Origin: a virus | Taxonomy: Duplodnaviria; Caudoviricetes | DNA length: 64,000 bases | IMG/VR virus record: IMGVR_UViG_3300011242_000002 | Coordinates: 64,001 to 128,000 of that record | Reading direction: 5' to 3' (one strand) | Shown: piece by piece, positions 52,672-63,077 of the stretch | How the letters are laid out: each line of letters opens with the position of its first letter | Numbering within the stretch: position 1 is the first letter of the stretch | Program-made: the position numbers and the translations under genes | The notes under the pieces: model-generated | The model's input: only the letters and a program-made list of their open reading frames with translations | Told to the model about the DNA's origin: nothing | Database searches by the model: none

Positions 52672-54675
52672 CTAGTTACGATAACTTCCCTGCACGAACA
52701 TCTGAATCGTTGAACCGACCAGAGAGTTGGTAAACGTGGCCGCCATCTGGGTTGGTGACACCCACTGCTTGACGTCCAGCTTCGTTTTGGCCAATACGCG
52801 CGCCAGCTTGTCCGAGGTGTAGATCTGCTCGTTCACCCCCATCGCTGCCAGAACGTTCAGGTAGTCCGAGTAGTTGGTGTCGTCGGTCAACAGCTTGTTC
52901 AAGGCCGCGGCTGGGTTGGTCAGATCACCGACGTTTAACGCTGGGTCAATCGGCATGTGCATCAACGGCGACAGATCCACCACCGAGAAGGTCACGTCAA
53001 TACCCAACGGCTGTTTGTCCTGCGTCCAGCCGACGTTGCCGACACCACGCTGAATGGACATGGAATCCACCATCCCCAGACGGGTTTGCGAGCGCCCTTT
53101 GGAATAGGCTTCCACCAGGAACGGTGATGTATAGGCTTGTGCCCCTGCCGAGTGCGGCATCGCCATGTTCAACAAGCACACCAGTGGAATGATCAGGTTC
53201 TGAATACGTGCCACCGGATGACCGTACTGCGAGCGCAGCTTGATGGTGTAGGTTTCGCGTGGTAGCGATACCGTCGAACCCGCCCAGTGCTGCGGGATGT
53301 CGATAAAACCCTGCCCGAGAATAATGTTCGCAATCCCGCTGACGCCGGTACCGGAGATCGCCCCGCGGATGATATCGGAGGCCCCTTCGATCAAGGTGTC
53401 AATACCCGGGATCCCGGTTTGCCCGCCGGCCAGGGTAAACTGTGCCGCGTTGGTCTGGGCCGAGAAGCCGTTGAAGAAGCCGGCCAGGTCGTTGTCCTTA
53501 AAGCTTGAGGAGAAGGATTCGCCAATCGCCCCGTTGTGGTCCACCTTAAAACCAATGAAGGCACCACCGTCGCGCAGCTCAGAGGCCAGGTGGGATTCAA
53601 TCGACTCCATAAAGGTCATCGGCCGTTCCTGGTCGGTCACCTGCACCGTTTGTCCGTTCTGCACCTTCGGGGTACCCGAGCCGGTATCGCCGTCTTCGTC
53701 CACGGTGTAGTTACCTGCTCGCTCCACCCCTTTATGCTGCGGATCACCTTCGGTCCCCAGTCCGGACTTGAAGTACGAGTCCAGGTAGGTCTTCAGGTTG
53801 GAGCTGGGTGAATCACCGGCTTTGTCGGTCCAGTTGTTACCGTGCTTGTAAATCGCCCGAATCGCGGACTCGCGGTTATCAGCCCCTTCCAGTCGGGCAT
53901 TGAGCGCCTGCTGCCAGCGAATCTGCTTACGGGTGGCGCGGTTAGCCAGGTAGAACAAGTCCACCGTCCCGTCGGCTCGCCATAGCCCCGGTAACAGGTT
54001 GGCAATCTGGGAGCGCTCGCTTTTGGTGTACATCGAGAAGTCAAAGGTCGAGACCTTACCCACGTCCGCCAGGTTACCGTGACGGGTGCGGAACACGCGC
54101 GGCACGATCCCCATGTTGATCAGGATCTGGTTGAGCATCCCGGTACAGGCTTTCCAGTACAGCGGCATCGCCGGCTTGGAATAGTAGAACTTCGACTTGG
54201 GAATCCCCGCCAGCCAGCGCACGGTGTTGTAGGTCACCGAAATGGCCTGCACCGGCCAGTGGACGATCGAGGAGGCCAGCTCCGCCATCTTAAACAGCCA
54301 ACCGGGTGAGCGTCCGGTACGCGCCAGGTAGGCGGCGTTGGAGTCAAACATGTTCGACAGGAAAGTAAACATCCCGTTGAACTCCGGCACCCCCATACGG
54401 AAATACACCACGTCGGCGTTGTCGTCAATTGACACCGAGTAGTCAGACCCCATGCCGGAGAACTGGTCGGTCCAAAAGCGTGAGGAGCGAATGTCGCAGG
54501 TCGGCGCCCACTGCGGGGGTGGGTTGATCCAGAAGTTACCCCCAGGGGTGGTGTCCGTAAATTTGTTACGGGCCGCCTGGAAACGACGACGGTCCTTAAG
54601 ACCATCATCCATTGATGTACCCGACAGCATAAAGGCCTGCTGGATATAATCATGATCCTTGATGGTAATTATCAT
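52672..54675 (-). CDS. Virion tail/baseplate-associated protein (phiKZ gp182-type position)
   Basis: Start moved to MIITIKD (GGAG RBS); directly downstream of the giant tail protein; KFTDTTPGGNFWINPPPQ. Confidence 0.65.
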   Translation of the reverse strand: MIITIKDHDYIQQAFMLSGTSMDDGLKDRRRFQAARNKFTDTTPGGNFWINPPPQWAPTCDIRSSRFWTDQFSGMGSDYSVSIDDNADVVYFRMGVPEFNGMFTFLSNMFDSNAAYLARTGRSPGWLFKMAELASSIVHWPVQAISVTYNTVRWLAGIPKSKFYYSKPAMPLYWKACTGMLNQILINMGIVPRVFRTRHGNLADVGKVSTFDFSMYTKSERSQIANLLPGLWRADGTVDLFYLANRATRKQIRWQQALNARLEGADNRESAIRAIYKHGNNWTDKAGDSPSSNLKTYLDSYFKSGLGTEGDPQHKGVERAGNYTVDEDGDTGSGTPKVQNGQTVQVTDQERPMTFMESIESHLASELRDGGAFIGFKVDHNGAIGESFSSSFKDNDLAGFFNGFSAQTNAAQFTLAGGQTGIPGIDTLIEGASDIIRGAISGTGVSGIANIILGQGFIDIPQHWAGSTVSLPRETYTIKLRSQYGHPVARIQNLIIPLVCLLNMAMPHSAGAQAYTSPFLVEAYSKGRSQTRLGMVDSMSIQRGVGNVGWTQDKQPLGIDVTFSVVDLSPLMHMPIDPALNVGDLTNPAAALNKLLTDDTNYSDYLNVLAAMGVNEQIYTSDKLARVLAKTKLDVKQWVSPTQMAATFTNSLVGSTIQMFVQGSYRN

Positions 54676-54731
54676 ACCGTACTCCAAAGACAAAAGGGCG
54701 ACTGCCAACGGACAGCCGCCCCGTGGGGTGG

Positions 54732-57700
54732 TTAGTAGTTACGCTGCAGGGCGATGTTGGCGTTGTCAGCGCCAACCGGTGCGCCACCAAACTGCCGCGG
54801 TGCTTGTGGTGCTGCGGCTGCAGGCGCCGCGACTGGTGGTGCGGCTGCCTCCTTCTCAGCCATGGCTTTGTTGGTGCCCGCGATTTGCTGCAGCGCCTCA
54901 ATCATCTGATCCAGCTTGTCGTTGGTGGTCGCGGTGTTCTGCGCCGTGGTCTTCGCATGGGTGTCGTCAACGGTGACCGGTACCGGGTTAACGGCTGGCG
55001 GCGCACTCGGCGCCGGCTGCGACTGCAGGTTGCTCTTGTTCAGGGCATCTGCATCCGCGGAGGCGGCGGAGTTCGCAGCATTCGGGGTTACCGAGGTCGC
55101 GTTCTCTGTGGCCTGCGCACTTGGCCCGGTGGTCGACTGCATGGACGGTGCGCCCGCTGGCGGTGCGGCGTTGGTGGTTGAGCCCGGAGGCGGCGCCACG
55201 TTCGCGTTCTCACTGCCCGGCTGCGGTTTCGCCATTTCACCCTGCTGTTCCGCCTGCTCCTTCGCCGACTGCCCCATCATCTCTTCCATGGACGGGCCGC
55301 CATCCGAGGTGGAGCCGGTGTCACCCTTGTCCTTGCCGGAGATGATGTCATCGTACTCGCCACCGTCCAGCATCTTGCTGTACTGTGCAGCCAGCTTCTG
55401 GGTGTCTTCCAAGCCAATCGACCCACCGTTAACGATCTTACGCACGCCGGCCACGTCGCCGGCCTTCGCCCGATCGCCGATGTTCTTATTGGCCTTCCAG
55501 AAGTACAGCGCGGAGGCTGCGGCCATGGTCGGATCTTCGGCCACCTGATCCGGATCGTCCACCAGGTCGACGCCCAGGGCTTTCGAGGCCCGGGTGTAGT
55601 TCTCTTTACCCGTGAGCTGGATAAAGCCACGACCGCGGTACTTCCAGCCGTCACCCGGTTCGTTGTTCCCCATGCGGTTGCCGTAGATGCTGTTGGCAAT
55701 GGCCACCGGTCCACCCCCGGCTACCGCCGAAGCGGATTCCATGGTGGGGAAGCGACGTGGCCAAAGCTTCATCATGGTCTGCGGTTTGTAGCGTAGGTTC
55801 TCTTCTACCTGCTTAAAGCCGCCGGTCTCATGGTGGGTATTCGCCAACATGATCGCCAGTTCCTTCTTGTCGGTGATGCCGTTCTTTGCCGCTTCCCGCA
55901 GCATTGCCCGCACCCCTTCTTCGGTCCCCGGCCCCATCTTCAGCGGTTCGACTTTACCGGTGGTGTCGATCCCACCGGCACCGGAACCTGCCGCACCTTT
56001 GTTGTCGTTAAACTGACCACCACCGTAGCTGCCGTTGGTTTGCCCGGTCTTCGGATCGTACACCGTTTCCTGACGCTGAGAGCTGCGCACCAGTCCGTCG
56101 GTACCGCGTACGCCGTTTGACGTCTGCAGCCCGGTACGGGCATCTTTACGCCACTCTTTGTCGGTGGTACCGTCCTCGCTTTGCTTAAAGCCGCCTTTTA
56201 CCGGACGGGCTTCGTACTGCGCCTGCTTGGCGAGTTGCTTCAGGCTGTTGATGTGACCATCAATGATGGAAGCGTCGGTGTTGGTGGTCACCGAATCGCT
56301 CCACGGACTGTCACCAACCGTCCAGATGTTGAGGTCGTTGCGCCCGTCATTGTAGGTCTGTGCAGTCATCGCGTTGATGATGGCAAGCTTGGTCTCTGGC
56401 GGCAGCGTGTTGGCGATCATCGTCGGCTGGGAGTCCCCGACCTGGTTTTTCACCGTGGAGGCAAAGGCCAGGTACGCCGGTAAGAAGCGCCGTGAGAACC
56501 ACTTCGACCAGGAGCTGAATGCACCGATTGATAGCCAGCCATGACCAAAGGAGCTGGCCATGATGTCGAAGACTTCCTTGGTCTTGCCGGTAAACGACAC
56601 ACCCCGACCGGTAAAGGTAATGCGGTTTTGCACCACCAGTTCCAGCTGCAGGAGCACCGCCACCTTATTGACGTCAAGGTTAGGCAGACCGTAGATCTTC
56701 ATTCGGGCTGCGGTCAGGTCATCCAGCGGTTCCCCTTTCTTCGGTAGGATCTTGCCTAAGACATCCTCCACCGATACCACGGTGACCTCTTGTCCCCAGC
56801 CACCGGACAGGGTGTGTCCTTCCAGGTTGGCACCCTTCAGTTTCCCGCTCGGCGGCTTGATAGCGTCGACCACCCCTTTATCCAGGTGCTGCTGACGACT
56901 ACGGTCTTCATTACCGGTTAACATTACCGACGTCGACTTCACGTTGGCCCCGGTATCTTTGATCTGCGCCTTCAGCTTAGCAATCACGTCCTGAACCGCA
57001 CCGGTGGTTTGCTGCATGTCCATGGCCGGCTGGGTGTTAAAGAGCATGCCGTTCCAGCGGTACGGATGGTCAATGGTCGCGTCAAACTCCTGACAGCGTT
57101 TGGCCATTTCGTACTTGGTGGCATTGTCCTTTGAATCATCCAGCGACTGGAACTCGGTGCTTGGGAACAGCTGTTTGGCAACCGCCACGTGGGTTAAGAA
57201 CACCGGCTTGAAGCGTTGCACAAACCAGCCACCAAAGGACTCCACCTCATCACGGCTGTCCGGGTTCTCAATGAACGGTCGGGCCAGCTCGGCAAGCGGG
57301 AGTTTCGGATCCAGCATTGCCTTGCCGGAATCGGTCAGCTTCACGTACTTCAAGCAGGCCTGTTCCAGGGCAAAGATCTTGCCGGTGTAGTCGCCGTTGA
57401 TGGAATCCAAGCCGTACTGGTACAGACGCATCTGCTGCAGTAAGCCCGGTGACTTGATCCATTTGTAGAGCGACGAGCCAATGGCTGAGCCACCCATCGC
57501 CCCCAACGCCCCGCCGACTACGCCGCCGATAAAGGTCCCCACGACCGGTACCACGGAACCAATGGCCGCACCGGCTGCCGCACCGGCAAACCCACCGGCC
57601 ATTCCGCCGGCTGAATCCGCGACGCCCTGCATGTCCTGATCCTGCCAGGACTGGTAAGCCTCAAAACCACCAACCGCCAGCGAGCCAATGGCCGGGATAC

Positions 57701-60700
57701 GTTTGGCTAACGTGTTCGCACCGCCACGCAGTAACCAGGACGTTCTGCCCGCCATACGCCCTGGCTCACCGCGCAGCCAACGCGCACCGCGTCCCAGGGT
57801 GTTACGGGTAAGCCAGTTAGCCGCCCGACCCAGTTTACCACGCTGCGGGCGGTTACGCTCCTGACGGCGACGCAGACGCTCACGCGCGCGTTCACGACGA
57901 TCACCGCGGGTGCTGCGCTCATCACGATCCGCACCCCCCTCCTCATCGCCAGGCCCGAATGCATCATTCACCTGATCGAGCAGCTCGCTGCCGGTGCTGG
58001 CCGCGTCTTTGGCCTTAAAGATCCCACCAATTAAGCTACCCAGCGATTTCAGCCAGTCCAGCTTCAGGAAGCTTGCCAGTGCACCGAAGATGCCGAACTT
58101 GGTAAAGCCGCCAAAGAGTCCGGTAACACCAGACCAGATGCCGCTGATCAACCCGAACAGTGACGTGGGTTTATCCTTCGGCTTGCCGTCCTTGTCAACC
58201 TTTTCTTTCTCCCCCTTCTCTTTCCGCTTGCGCATCAGATCCAGCCAGGAGTTTTCCCGTACCCCGTCACCGTCGGTGTCGCCTAAGGCCTTGTCCTTCT
58301 TCTTACGGAAGAACTGCCACAGCATTTTCGCACCCTTGTAACCCAGGATTGCCGGTCCAACGGTCGCCCATTTGGTCATCGTCAGCACGCCGCTGCTGTA
58401 CAGTTTGCCCATGCCGAGCATCTTAGCGACACGCCCACCCTCAAAGGACTTCATTCGCCCGCTCAGGGTCTTGAGGAAGCCTTTACGCTCTTCTACCCCT
58501 GTGCTGAGGGCATCCGGGTTACCGGTGATCTGGGCAATGGCGGCGTCCTTGGCCGCGGCCATCTGATCGCGTGCGGAGGCGCTAACCGAGATTAACTCTT
58601 TTAACAGCGAATTGGTTTCGGTCGCCACCACTACTTCGGCAGACGGTTCTTCCGGCACATCGGCAGCCCCCGGCGGTGGTGTCAACGGTTCACGCAATCC
58701 CTGCACGGTTTCTTTCGCACGGTTGACGATATCAACGTCGGTCAGATCAGCCTTCACTTCGTCGATCCGCTCGCTAATCCCGCTGCGCAGTGACGACAGG
58801 TTCAGCGCCTGCATTTGGTGTTCCAATGAACCGATCAAGGCTTCGGCCTGCGACACCGCCGCGTTATAGGCCTCTTCGCCTAACTCTTCCTTGTTGAGGT
58901 TTTTGATCTGGCTACGAATATCGGCGATCACCGCGACGCTACGCTGCTTGACCTCTTCAATGCCTTTGCGAATATCAATCTCACTGCCGGCACGGGCGAC
59001 ACGCTTGAGCTGTTCCACCAGGGTGTCGTACTTGTCGATGGCGTTGTCAAACAGTTTGCTCAAGGCTGCCTTGGTCATGCTGATTCGCAGGCGACGGGTA
59101 GTGTCCGCGGCGGTATCACGTCCACGTCCCAGCAGGTCGTTTACCCTATCCTTGGCGTTACTGGCCACGTCACTGACCCCCAGGTCATCCAGGGTACCCT
59201 TGAGGCGATCCTTGGCCTTGTCACGCAGCTCATCGATGGCACCGGTATCCATGCGATCGGTCAGTTCACGCTTCTTCTCCCCCTCCTCGCTGTCTTCCAT
59301 GTCCGGACGGTAGTTCGGGTTAGCGATGAACTTCTTCATCATATCCCAGTACATGTCATGGTTAAAGACTTCTTTCCCGTTGACACGCTGGATGATCCCC
59401 ATCTCTTTCAGCATCGCGCGCTGACCGCCGTTGGCCAAGGCGTTGACCGACTCCTGCACGTCCGGCATATACTGCATCTGCGACTGCATGTTGGTGGCTA
59501 CCTTCTTGCGCAATTCGGCAATGGCAGCGGTGTCACCAATTTGATATTTGCCAAAGAGCTTCGCCTTTCCTTCCGCTTCCTTGGTCTCAAAGCGCTTGTG
59601 CAGGAACTCGTTGATCTCCTTGATCGTTTCCGGTTCGGCATTGACCCAGCCGGAGTCGCTCAGGTAGTTGTTGATGTTAAAGCCGTCACCGGCATCGGCA
59701 TCACGGGCAAAGCGCATCGCCAACGCAATGCGGGCATTAGGCGACAGCTCTTCTTCCGGATCGAGCATTTCCACCATGCCGTTAAAGGAGCCGGCGGCGG
59801 ACTGGAACTCGCTGCGGTTAAAGATGCTGGAGCGGATATCCGCCTTCACGCGGGCCTTGGTGGTAAAGGCACCCTGCTTATGGTTAAAGGCTTCCTCGGC
59901 CGGCGCTTTCTCACCACGCCATTCGGCCAGCAGTCGCTGCTGAACGGACAGCTGCTGGGTCAAGAGTCCCGGGATGACCTCTACCAGGGTACGTCGCTGC
60001 ATCAGGTCCCACTGGGCGGGCTGGGTCAGGTCCTTGATCCCCGGCGTGGTCACGCGGGTCTTGTTCCCCTGGGTAATCGGAATGTTAAACAGGGCGTTGT
60101 TCAACATCGGGTTCAGCACCCCTTTTTGCAAACGGGTGTACCATTTGTTTTTCGGGTCGAACTCGTTGTAGTACTCATCGAACTGACTGCGGTTACGCAA
60201 CCAACCGTTGACCAGACCCGGAGCCGACTCCGCGTAGTAGCTGAGGTTGTGCCCCATGCCGTTGGCCGTGCCGTTGCGTTCCATACGACGACGTACCAGG
60301 TTCTGCAGCAGGAACGGCATCGCCGAGGCCGCCATGTTACCGAGGGCTGCACCTTTATTACGCGCCCCGTTCATTGCCCCGGACATCTTCGCCTGCTGCC
60401 CGGCCCGCATCGCAGCGGCTAACCCGCTGGCGGTGGACGACCAGCGACTGTCGGCGTTCTGTGAGGCGTTGTCAATCAACCCGTAGAGCGAATCGTACAG
60501 GTGGTTACCGTAGCGAGAAAACGTAGACTTCAGGGCACCCGCCCCGGTGGTCTTACGCACGAGCTTTTGATGACCTTCGGACTTGACCGCTTTCTCCATC
60601 TCGGTTTTCGCCGAGTTAGCAACCAGCCCCGAGAAGGCTTCAAGCGAGCGCTTGTAGTACTGCTCCTGCATCTTGGCAATCGAGATGTCAAGCTTGTAGT

Positions 60701-61409
60701 GGCGGTACTGCAGCTCCAGGGAGCGACGCTGGTAGGTAGCGGTGTAGGTCTCGTTAAAGCCGACCATACGCCGTTGCATGCCGGCAATCTGGTCTAAGAG
60801 AATCGCCTGCTTGGCATTGTCTTTCTGACCGGATACGGCACCGGCGGCCAGGGTGGCCATCAGCTCTTCGTGCTGGGCCTGTGACAGCTCGGCGTTGGCC
60901 GCCGAACCGTGGGTGAAGGCATCCAGCAGCTCGGTGGTGTCAGCGTCGACATCGAGCTTGTCCGGGTCGTCTACCAAGTAGTCCTGCCAGCTCTTTTGAT
61001 CACCGCCGCTGTTGGCCCAGTCTTCTAACCGCTTCGCAATCTTCGCCGGTACCTTGGCACCGTGGATCCCCATGGCCTCACGGGTCAGGTTTTTAAACTC
61101 GTTTACCGAGTCTTTGGTATTCTCGCGAACTTTATCGTATAGGTCATCTTTGAAGCGTAACGTACGATCCACGGTATCCATTGCCGGACCGTAAGAGCGC
61201 GGAAGCATGGATTTGATCAGCCGCTGAGGCACCCCGTAACCGGTGATGCCGTCTGTGAACCCCTCCCACAGACCGGATGCGAAATCTTTAACGATCTCGC
61301 CTTTCTTTTTTGGTTTCTTCGCCCCGCCGTCACCTGATCCGCTGAAATCGTAATCCAGGTCGTAGTCGGGACTGAAGTCGCCAAAATCAAGTTCAAAATT
61401 ATCGGCCAT
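54732..61409 (-). CDS. Giant tail protein (phiKZ gp181-type, tape-measure/cell-puncturing) with a GH19 muramidase domain
   Basis: 2225 aa, divergent from the beta' gene; GH19 motifs LAN..HETGGF...EENL, GDGWKYRGRGFIQLTGKENY, VNGG..GL; glycine-zipper segment. Confidence 0.85.
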   Translation of the reverse strand: MADNFELDFGDFSPDYDLDYDFSGSGDGGAKKPKKKGEIVKDFASGLWEGFTDGITGYGVPQRLIKSMLPRSYGPAMDTVDRTLRFKDDLYDKVRENTKDSVNEFKNLTREAMGIHGAKVPAKIAKRLEDWANSGGDQKSWQDYLVDDPDKLDVDADTTELLDAFTHGSAANAELSQAQHEELMATLAAGAVSGQKDNAKQAILLDQIAGMQRRMVGFNETYTATYQRRSLELQYRHYKLDISIAKMQEQYYKRSLEAFSGLVANSAKTEMEKAVKSEGHQKLVRKTTGAGALKSTFSRYGNHLYDSLYGLIDNASQNADSRWSSTASGLAAAMRAGQQAKMSGAMNGARNKGAALGNMAASAMPFLLQNLVRRRMERNGTANGMGHNLSYYAESAPGLVNGWLRNRSQFDEYYNEFDPKNKWYTRLQKGVLNPMLNNALFNIPITQGNKTRVTTPGIKDLTQPAQWDLMQRRTLVEVIPGLLTQQLSVQQRLLAEWRGEKAPAEEAFNHKQGAFTTKARVKADIRSSIFNRSEFQSAAGSFNGMVEMLDPEEELSPNARIALAMRFARDADAGDGFNINNYLSDSGWVNAEPETIKEINEFLHKRFETKEAEGKAKLFGKYQIGDTAAIAELRKKVATNMQSQMQYMPDVQESVNALANGGQRAMLKEMGIIQRVNGKEVFNHDMYWDMMKKFIANPNYRPDMEDSEEGEKKRELTDRMDTGAIDELRDKAKDRLKGTLDDLGVSDVASNAKDRVNDLLGRGRDTAADTTRRLRISMTKAALSKLFDNAIDKYDTLVEQLKRVARAGSEIDIRKGIEEVKQRSVAVIADIRSQIKNLNKEELGEEAYNAAVSQAEALIGSLEHQMQALNLSSLRSGISERIDEVKADLTDVDIVNRAKETVQGLREPLTPPPGAADVPEEPSAEVVVATETNSLLKELISVSASARDQMAAAKDAAIAQITGNPDALSTGVEERKGFLKTLSGRMKSFEGGRVAKMLGMGKLYSSGVLTMTKWATVGPAILGYKGAKMLWQFFRKKKDKALGDTDGDGVRENSWLDLMRKRKEKGEKEKVDKDGKPKDKPTSLFGLISGIWSGVTGLFGGFTKFGIFGALASFLKLDWLKSLGSLIGGIFKAKDAASTGSELLDQVNDAFGPGDEEGGADRDERSTRGDRRERARERLRRRQERNRPQRGKLGRAANWLTRNTLGRGARWLRGEPGRMAGRTSWLLRGGANTLAKRIPAIGSLAVGGFEAYQSWQDQDMQGVADSAGGMAGGFAGAAAGAAIGSVVPVVGTFIGGVVGGALGAMGGSAIGSSLYKWIKSPGLLQQMRLYQYGLDSINGDYTGKIFALEQACLKYVKLTDSGKAMLDPKLPLAELARPFIENPDSRDEVESFGGWFVQRFKPVFLTHVAVAKQLFPSTEFQSLDDSKDNATKYEMAKRCQEFDATIDHPYRWNGMLFNTQPAMDMQQTTGAVQDVIAKLKAQIKDTGANVKSTSVMLTGNEDRSRQQHLDKGVVDAIKPPSGKLKGANLEGHTLSGGWGQEVTVVSVEDVLGKILPKKGEPLDDLTAARMKIYGLPNLDVNKVAVLLQLELVVQNRITFTGRGVSFTGKTKEVFDIMASSFGHGWLSIGAFSSWSKWFSRRFLPAYLAFASTVKNQVGDSQPTMIANTLPPETKLAIINAMTAQTYNDGRNDLNIWTVGDSPWSDSVTTNTDASIIDGHINSLKQLAKQAQYEARPVKGGFKQSEDGTTDKEWRKDARTGLQTSNGVRGTDGLVRSSQRQETVYDPKTGQTNGSYGGGQFNDNKGAAGSGAGGIDTTGKVEPLKMGPGTEEGVRAMLREAAKNGITDKKELAIMLANTHHETGGFKQVEENLRYKPQTMMKLWPRRFPTMESASAVAGGGPVAIANSIYGNRMGNNEPGDGWKYRGRGFIQLTGKENYTRASKALGVDLVDDPDQVAEDPTMAAASALYFWKANKNIGDRAKAGDVAGVRKIVNGGSIGLEDTQKLAAQYSKMLDGGEYDDIISGKDKGDTGSTSDGGPSMEEMMGQSAKEQAEQQGEMAKPQPGSENANVAPPPGSTTNAAPPAGAPSMQSTTGPSAQATENATSVTPNAANSAASADADALNKSNLQSQPAPSAPPAVNPVPVTVDDTHAKTTAQNTATTNDKLDQMIEALQQIAGTNKAMAEKEAAAPPVAAPAAAAPQAPRQFGGAPVGADNANIALQRNY

Positions 61410-61447
61410 TTGAACACCCTTTTAAGTTACTAATAAAGGACACCATT

Positions 61448-63067
61448 ATGCGATCGGCTATGTTGCCTTTTAACATCGAAATAATGAACCCGCAACGCAT
61501 CCCGTGGTCGATGCTGCGCCCTGTGACATCGCTTGATATCTACGATGGGTTATCCACGGAACTGAACGACGCTGGCCTGTACTCAATCCCCATCTTTGGA
61601 CGGGTAGGGTCAGACGAGCGTGATGAGAAGTTCAGCTATATCCACATTAAAAGCTCCATCTTCCATCCCGAGATCTTTAAGAGCCTGATCGCACTCAAGC
61701 AGATGTATGCCGGTATCCTCTCGGGCAATACGTACGCAGTGTGGGATGAGAATGAAAAGGACTTCATAAAATCATCCGCAATGGAGGGTCAGACCGGTTA
61801 TGCCTTCTTTGTCTCTCACTGGAAAGACATCGACTTTAAGGAAACCGGCTCACCGAAACGCAGTGATAAAATCAAGCTGATCAACAAGTACAAAGACATT
61901 GCGATGTACCGCAACATCCTGGTGCTCCCCGCTGGCCTGCGTGAGATTCAAATCGACCCGGGTAGCAGCCGCACCGTGGAGAACGAAGTCAACGACATGT
62001 ACCGTAAGCTGCTAAGCGCCGCTAACACCATCACAGACGATCCGCAGCTCGCCAATGGGGTTTTGTACGACCCGGTGCGTTGGACGCTGCAGAACCGCTT
62101 TAACGAGCTCTACGAGCACTATGCCGGGATGCTCTCCGGAAAGCGTGGGTTGCTGCAGCAAAAATGGGGTAGTCGTCGCGTGTTTAACGGCACGCGTAAC
62201 GTCATCACCGCTACCCAGCTCGGCACTGAACGTCTGGGGTCGCGTACCGCGCCGGATTTGAACAACACCCGTATCGGTCTTTATCAGTTGGCCCGTGGTG
62301 CCTTGCCGCTGACCATCCACATGCTACAAACCGGCTGGCTGTCCCAGGTGTTTGCCAACGGCACGCTAGCCCGCCTGATTGATCGCAAAACGCTGAAGGC
62401 TTTTGACAGCGAAGTCGATCCGATGACCTTGACCAAGTGGACCACCCAAGAAGGGTTGGAGAAGCTGATCAACGGGTTCCGTGAGCCGCAGCTGCGTAAC
62501 AAGCCGATCACCGTCAACGGTAACTACCTGGGGCTGGTGTACGCCGATGAGCACACCTTTAAAATCTTTGGTGACATCGACGAGCTGCCAACCCACCTCA
62601 GCAAGAAGCACGTCCATCCGATGACCTACACCGAGCTGATGTACCTCTCGGGCTACCGTCGCTGGAACGACCTGTACATGCTCGTGGTCCGCTACCCGAT
62701 CACCGGGATGGGTTCGGTGTACCAAACCAAGGCCTACTGCTGCACCACCATCAAATCCTCGGTCAAGCAGGAACGCGATGAGGGCTGGGAGCCGATTGAA
62801 GGCGCCTATGCTATTGAGTTCCCGACCAACGAACGCGAAGCCGAGTTCATGGAGTCGTTAGCCGTTCACTGCTCCCGCCTGGGTCTGCTCGGCGGTGACT
62901 TCGACGGCGACACCATGGGGGCGACCGTACTGCTCGGCGATGACGTGATTGCCGAATGTAAAGCTTCGCTCGAGAAGCGCGAAACCTACATTACCGGGCG
63001 CGGTGAATTCCTGATTGACCTGACCAACGACACCGTCGACTTCGTGTTAAAATCACTTACCAGCTAA
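61448..63067 (+). CDS. Virion RNA polymerase beta'-like catalytic subunit (phiKZ gp180-type)
   Basis: GLYSIPIFG, LSGKRG...RRVFNGTRNVIT, RYP, catalytic GGDFDGD. Confidence 0.92.
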   Translation: MRSAMLPFNIEIMNPQRIPWSMLRPVTSLDIYDGLSTELNDAGLYSIPIFGRVGSDERDEKFSYIHIKSSIFHPEIFKSLIALKQMYAGILSGNTYAVWDENEKDFIKSSAMEGQTGYAFFVSHWKDIDFKETGSPKRSDKIKLINKYKDIAMYRNILVLPAGLREIQIDPGSSRTVENEVNDMYRKLLSAANTITDDPQLANGVLYDPVRWTLQNRFNELYEHYAGMLSGKRGLLQQKWGSRRVFNGTRNVITATQLGTERLGSRTAPDLNNTRIGLYQLARGALPLTIHMLQTGWLSQVFANGTLARLIDRKTLKAFDSEVDPMTLTKWTTQEGLEKLINGFREPQLRNKPITVNGNYLGLVYADEHTFKIFGDIDELPTHLSKKHVHPMTYTELMYLSGYRRWNDLYMLVVRYPITGMGSVYQTKAYCCTTIKSSVKQERDEGWEPIEGAYAIEFPTNEREAEFMESLAVHCSRLGLLGGDFDGDTMGATVLLGDDVIAECKASLEKRETYITGRGEFLIDLTNDTVDFVLKSLTS

Positions 63068-63077
63068 GGGATGATTT

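Noticed and set aside
59358-60422. 354-aa plus-strand ORF (likewise 40259-41152, 47884-48612, 24010-24810)
   Set aside because: Antisense shadows within long biased coding regions.
61448-63067. Intein or intron in the RNAP beta', helicase or UvsX genes
   Set aside because: The ORFs are continuous, with no Cys...His-Asn splice motifs or homing endonuclease signatures seen.
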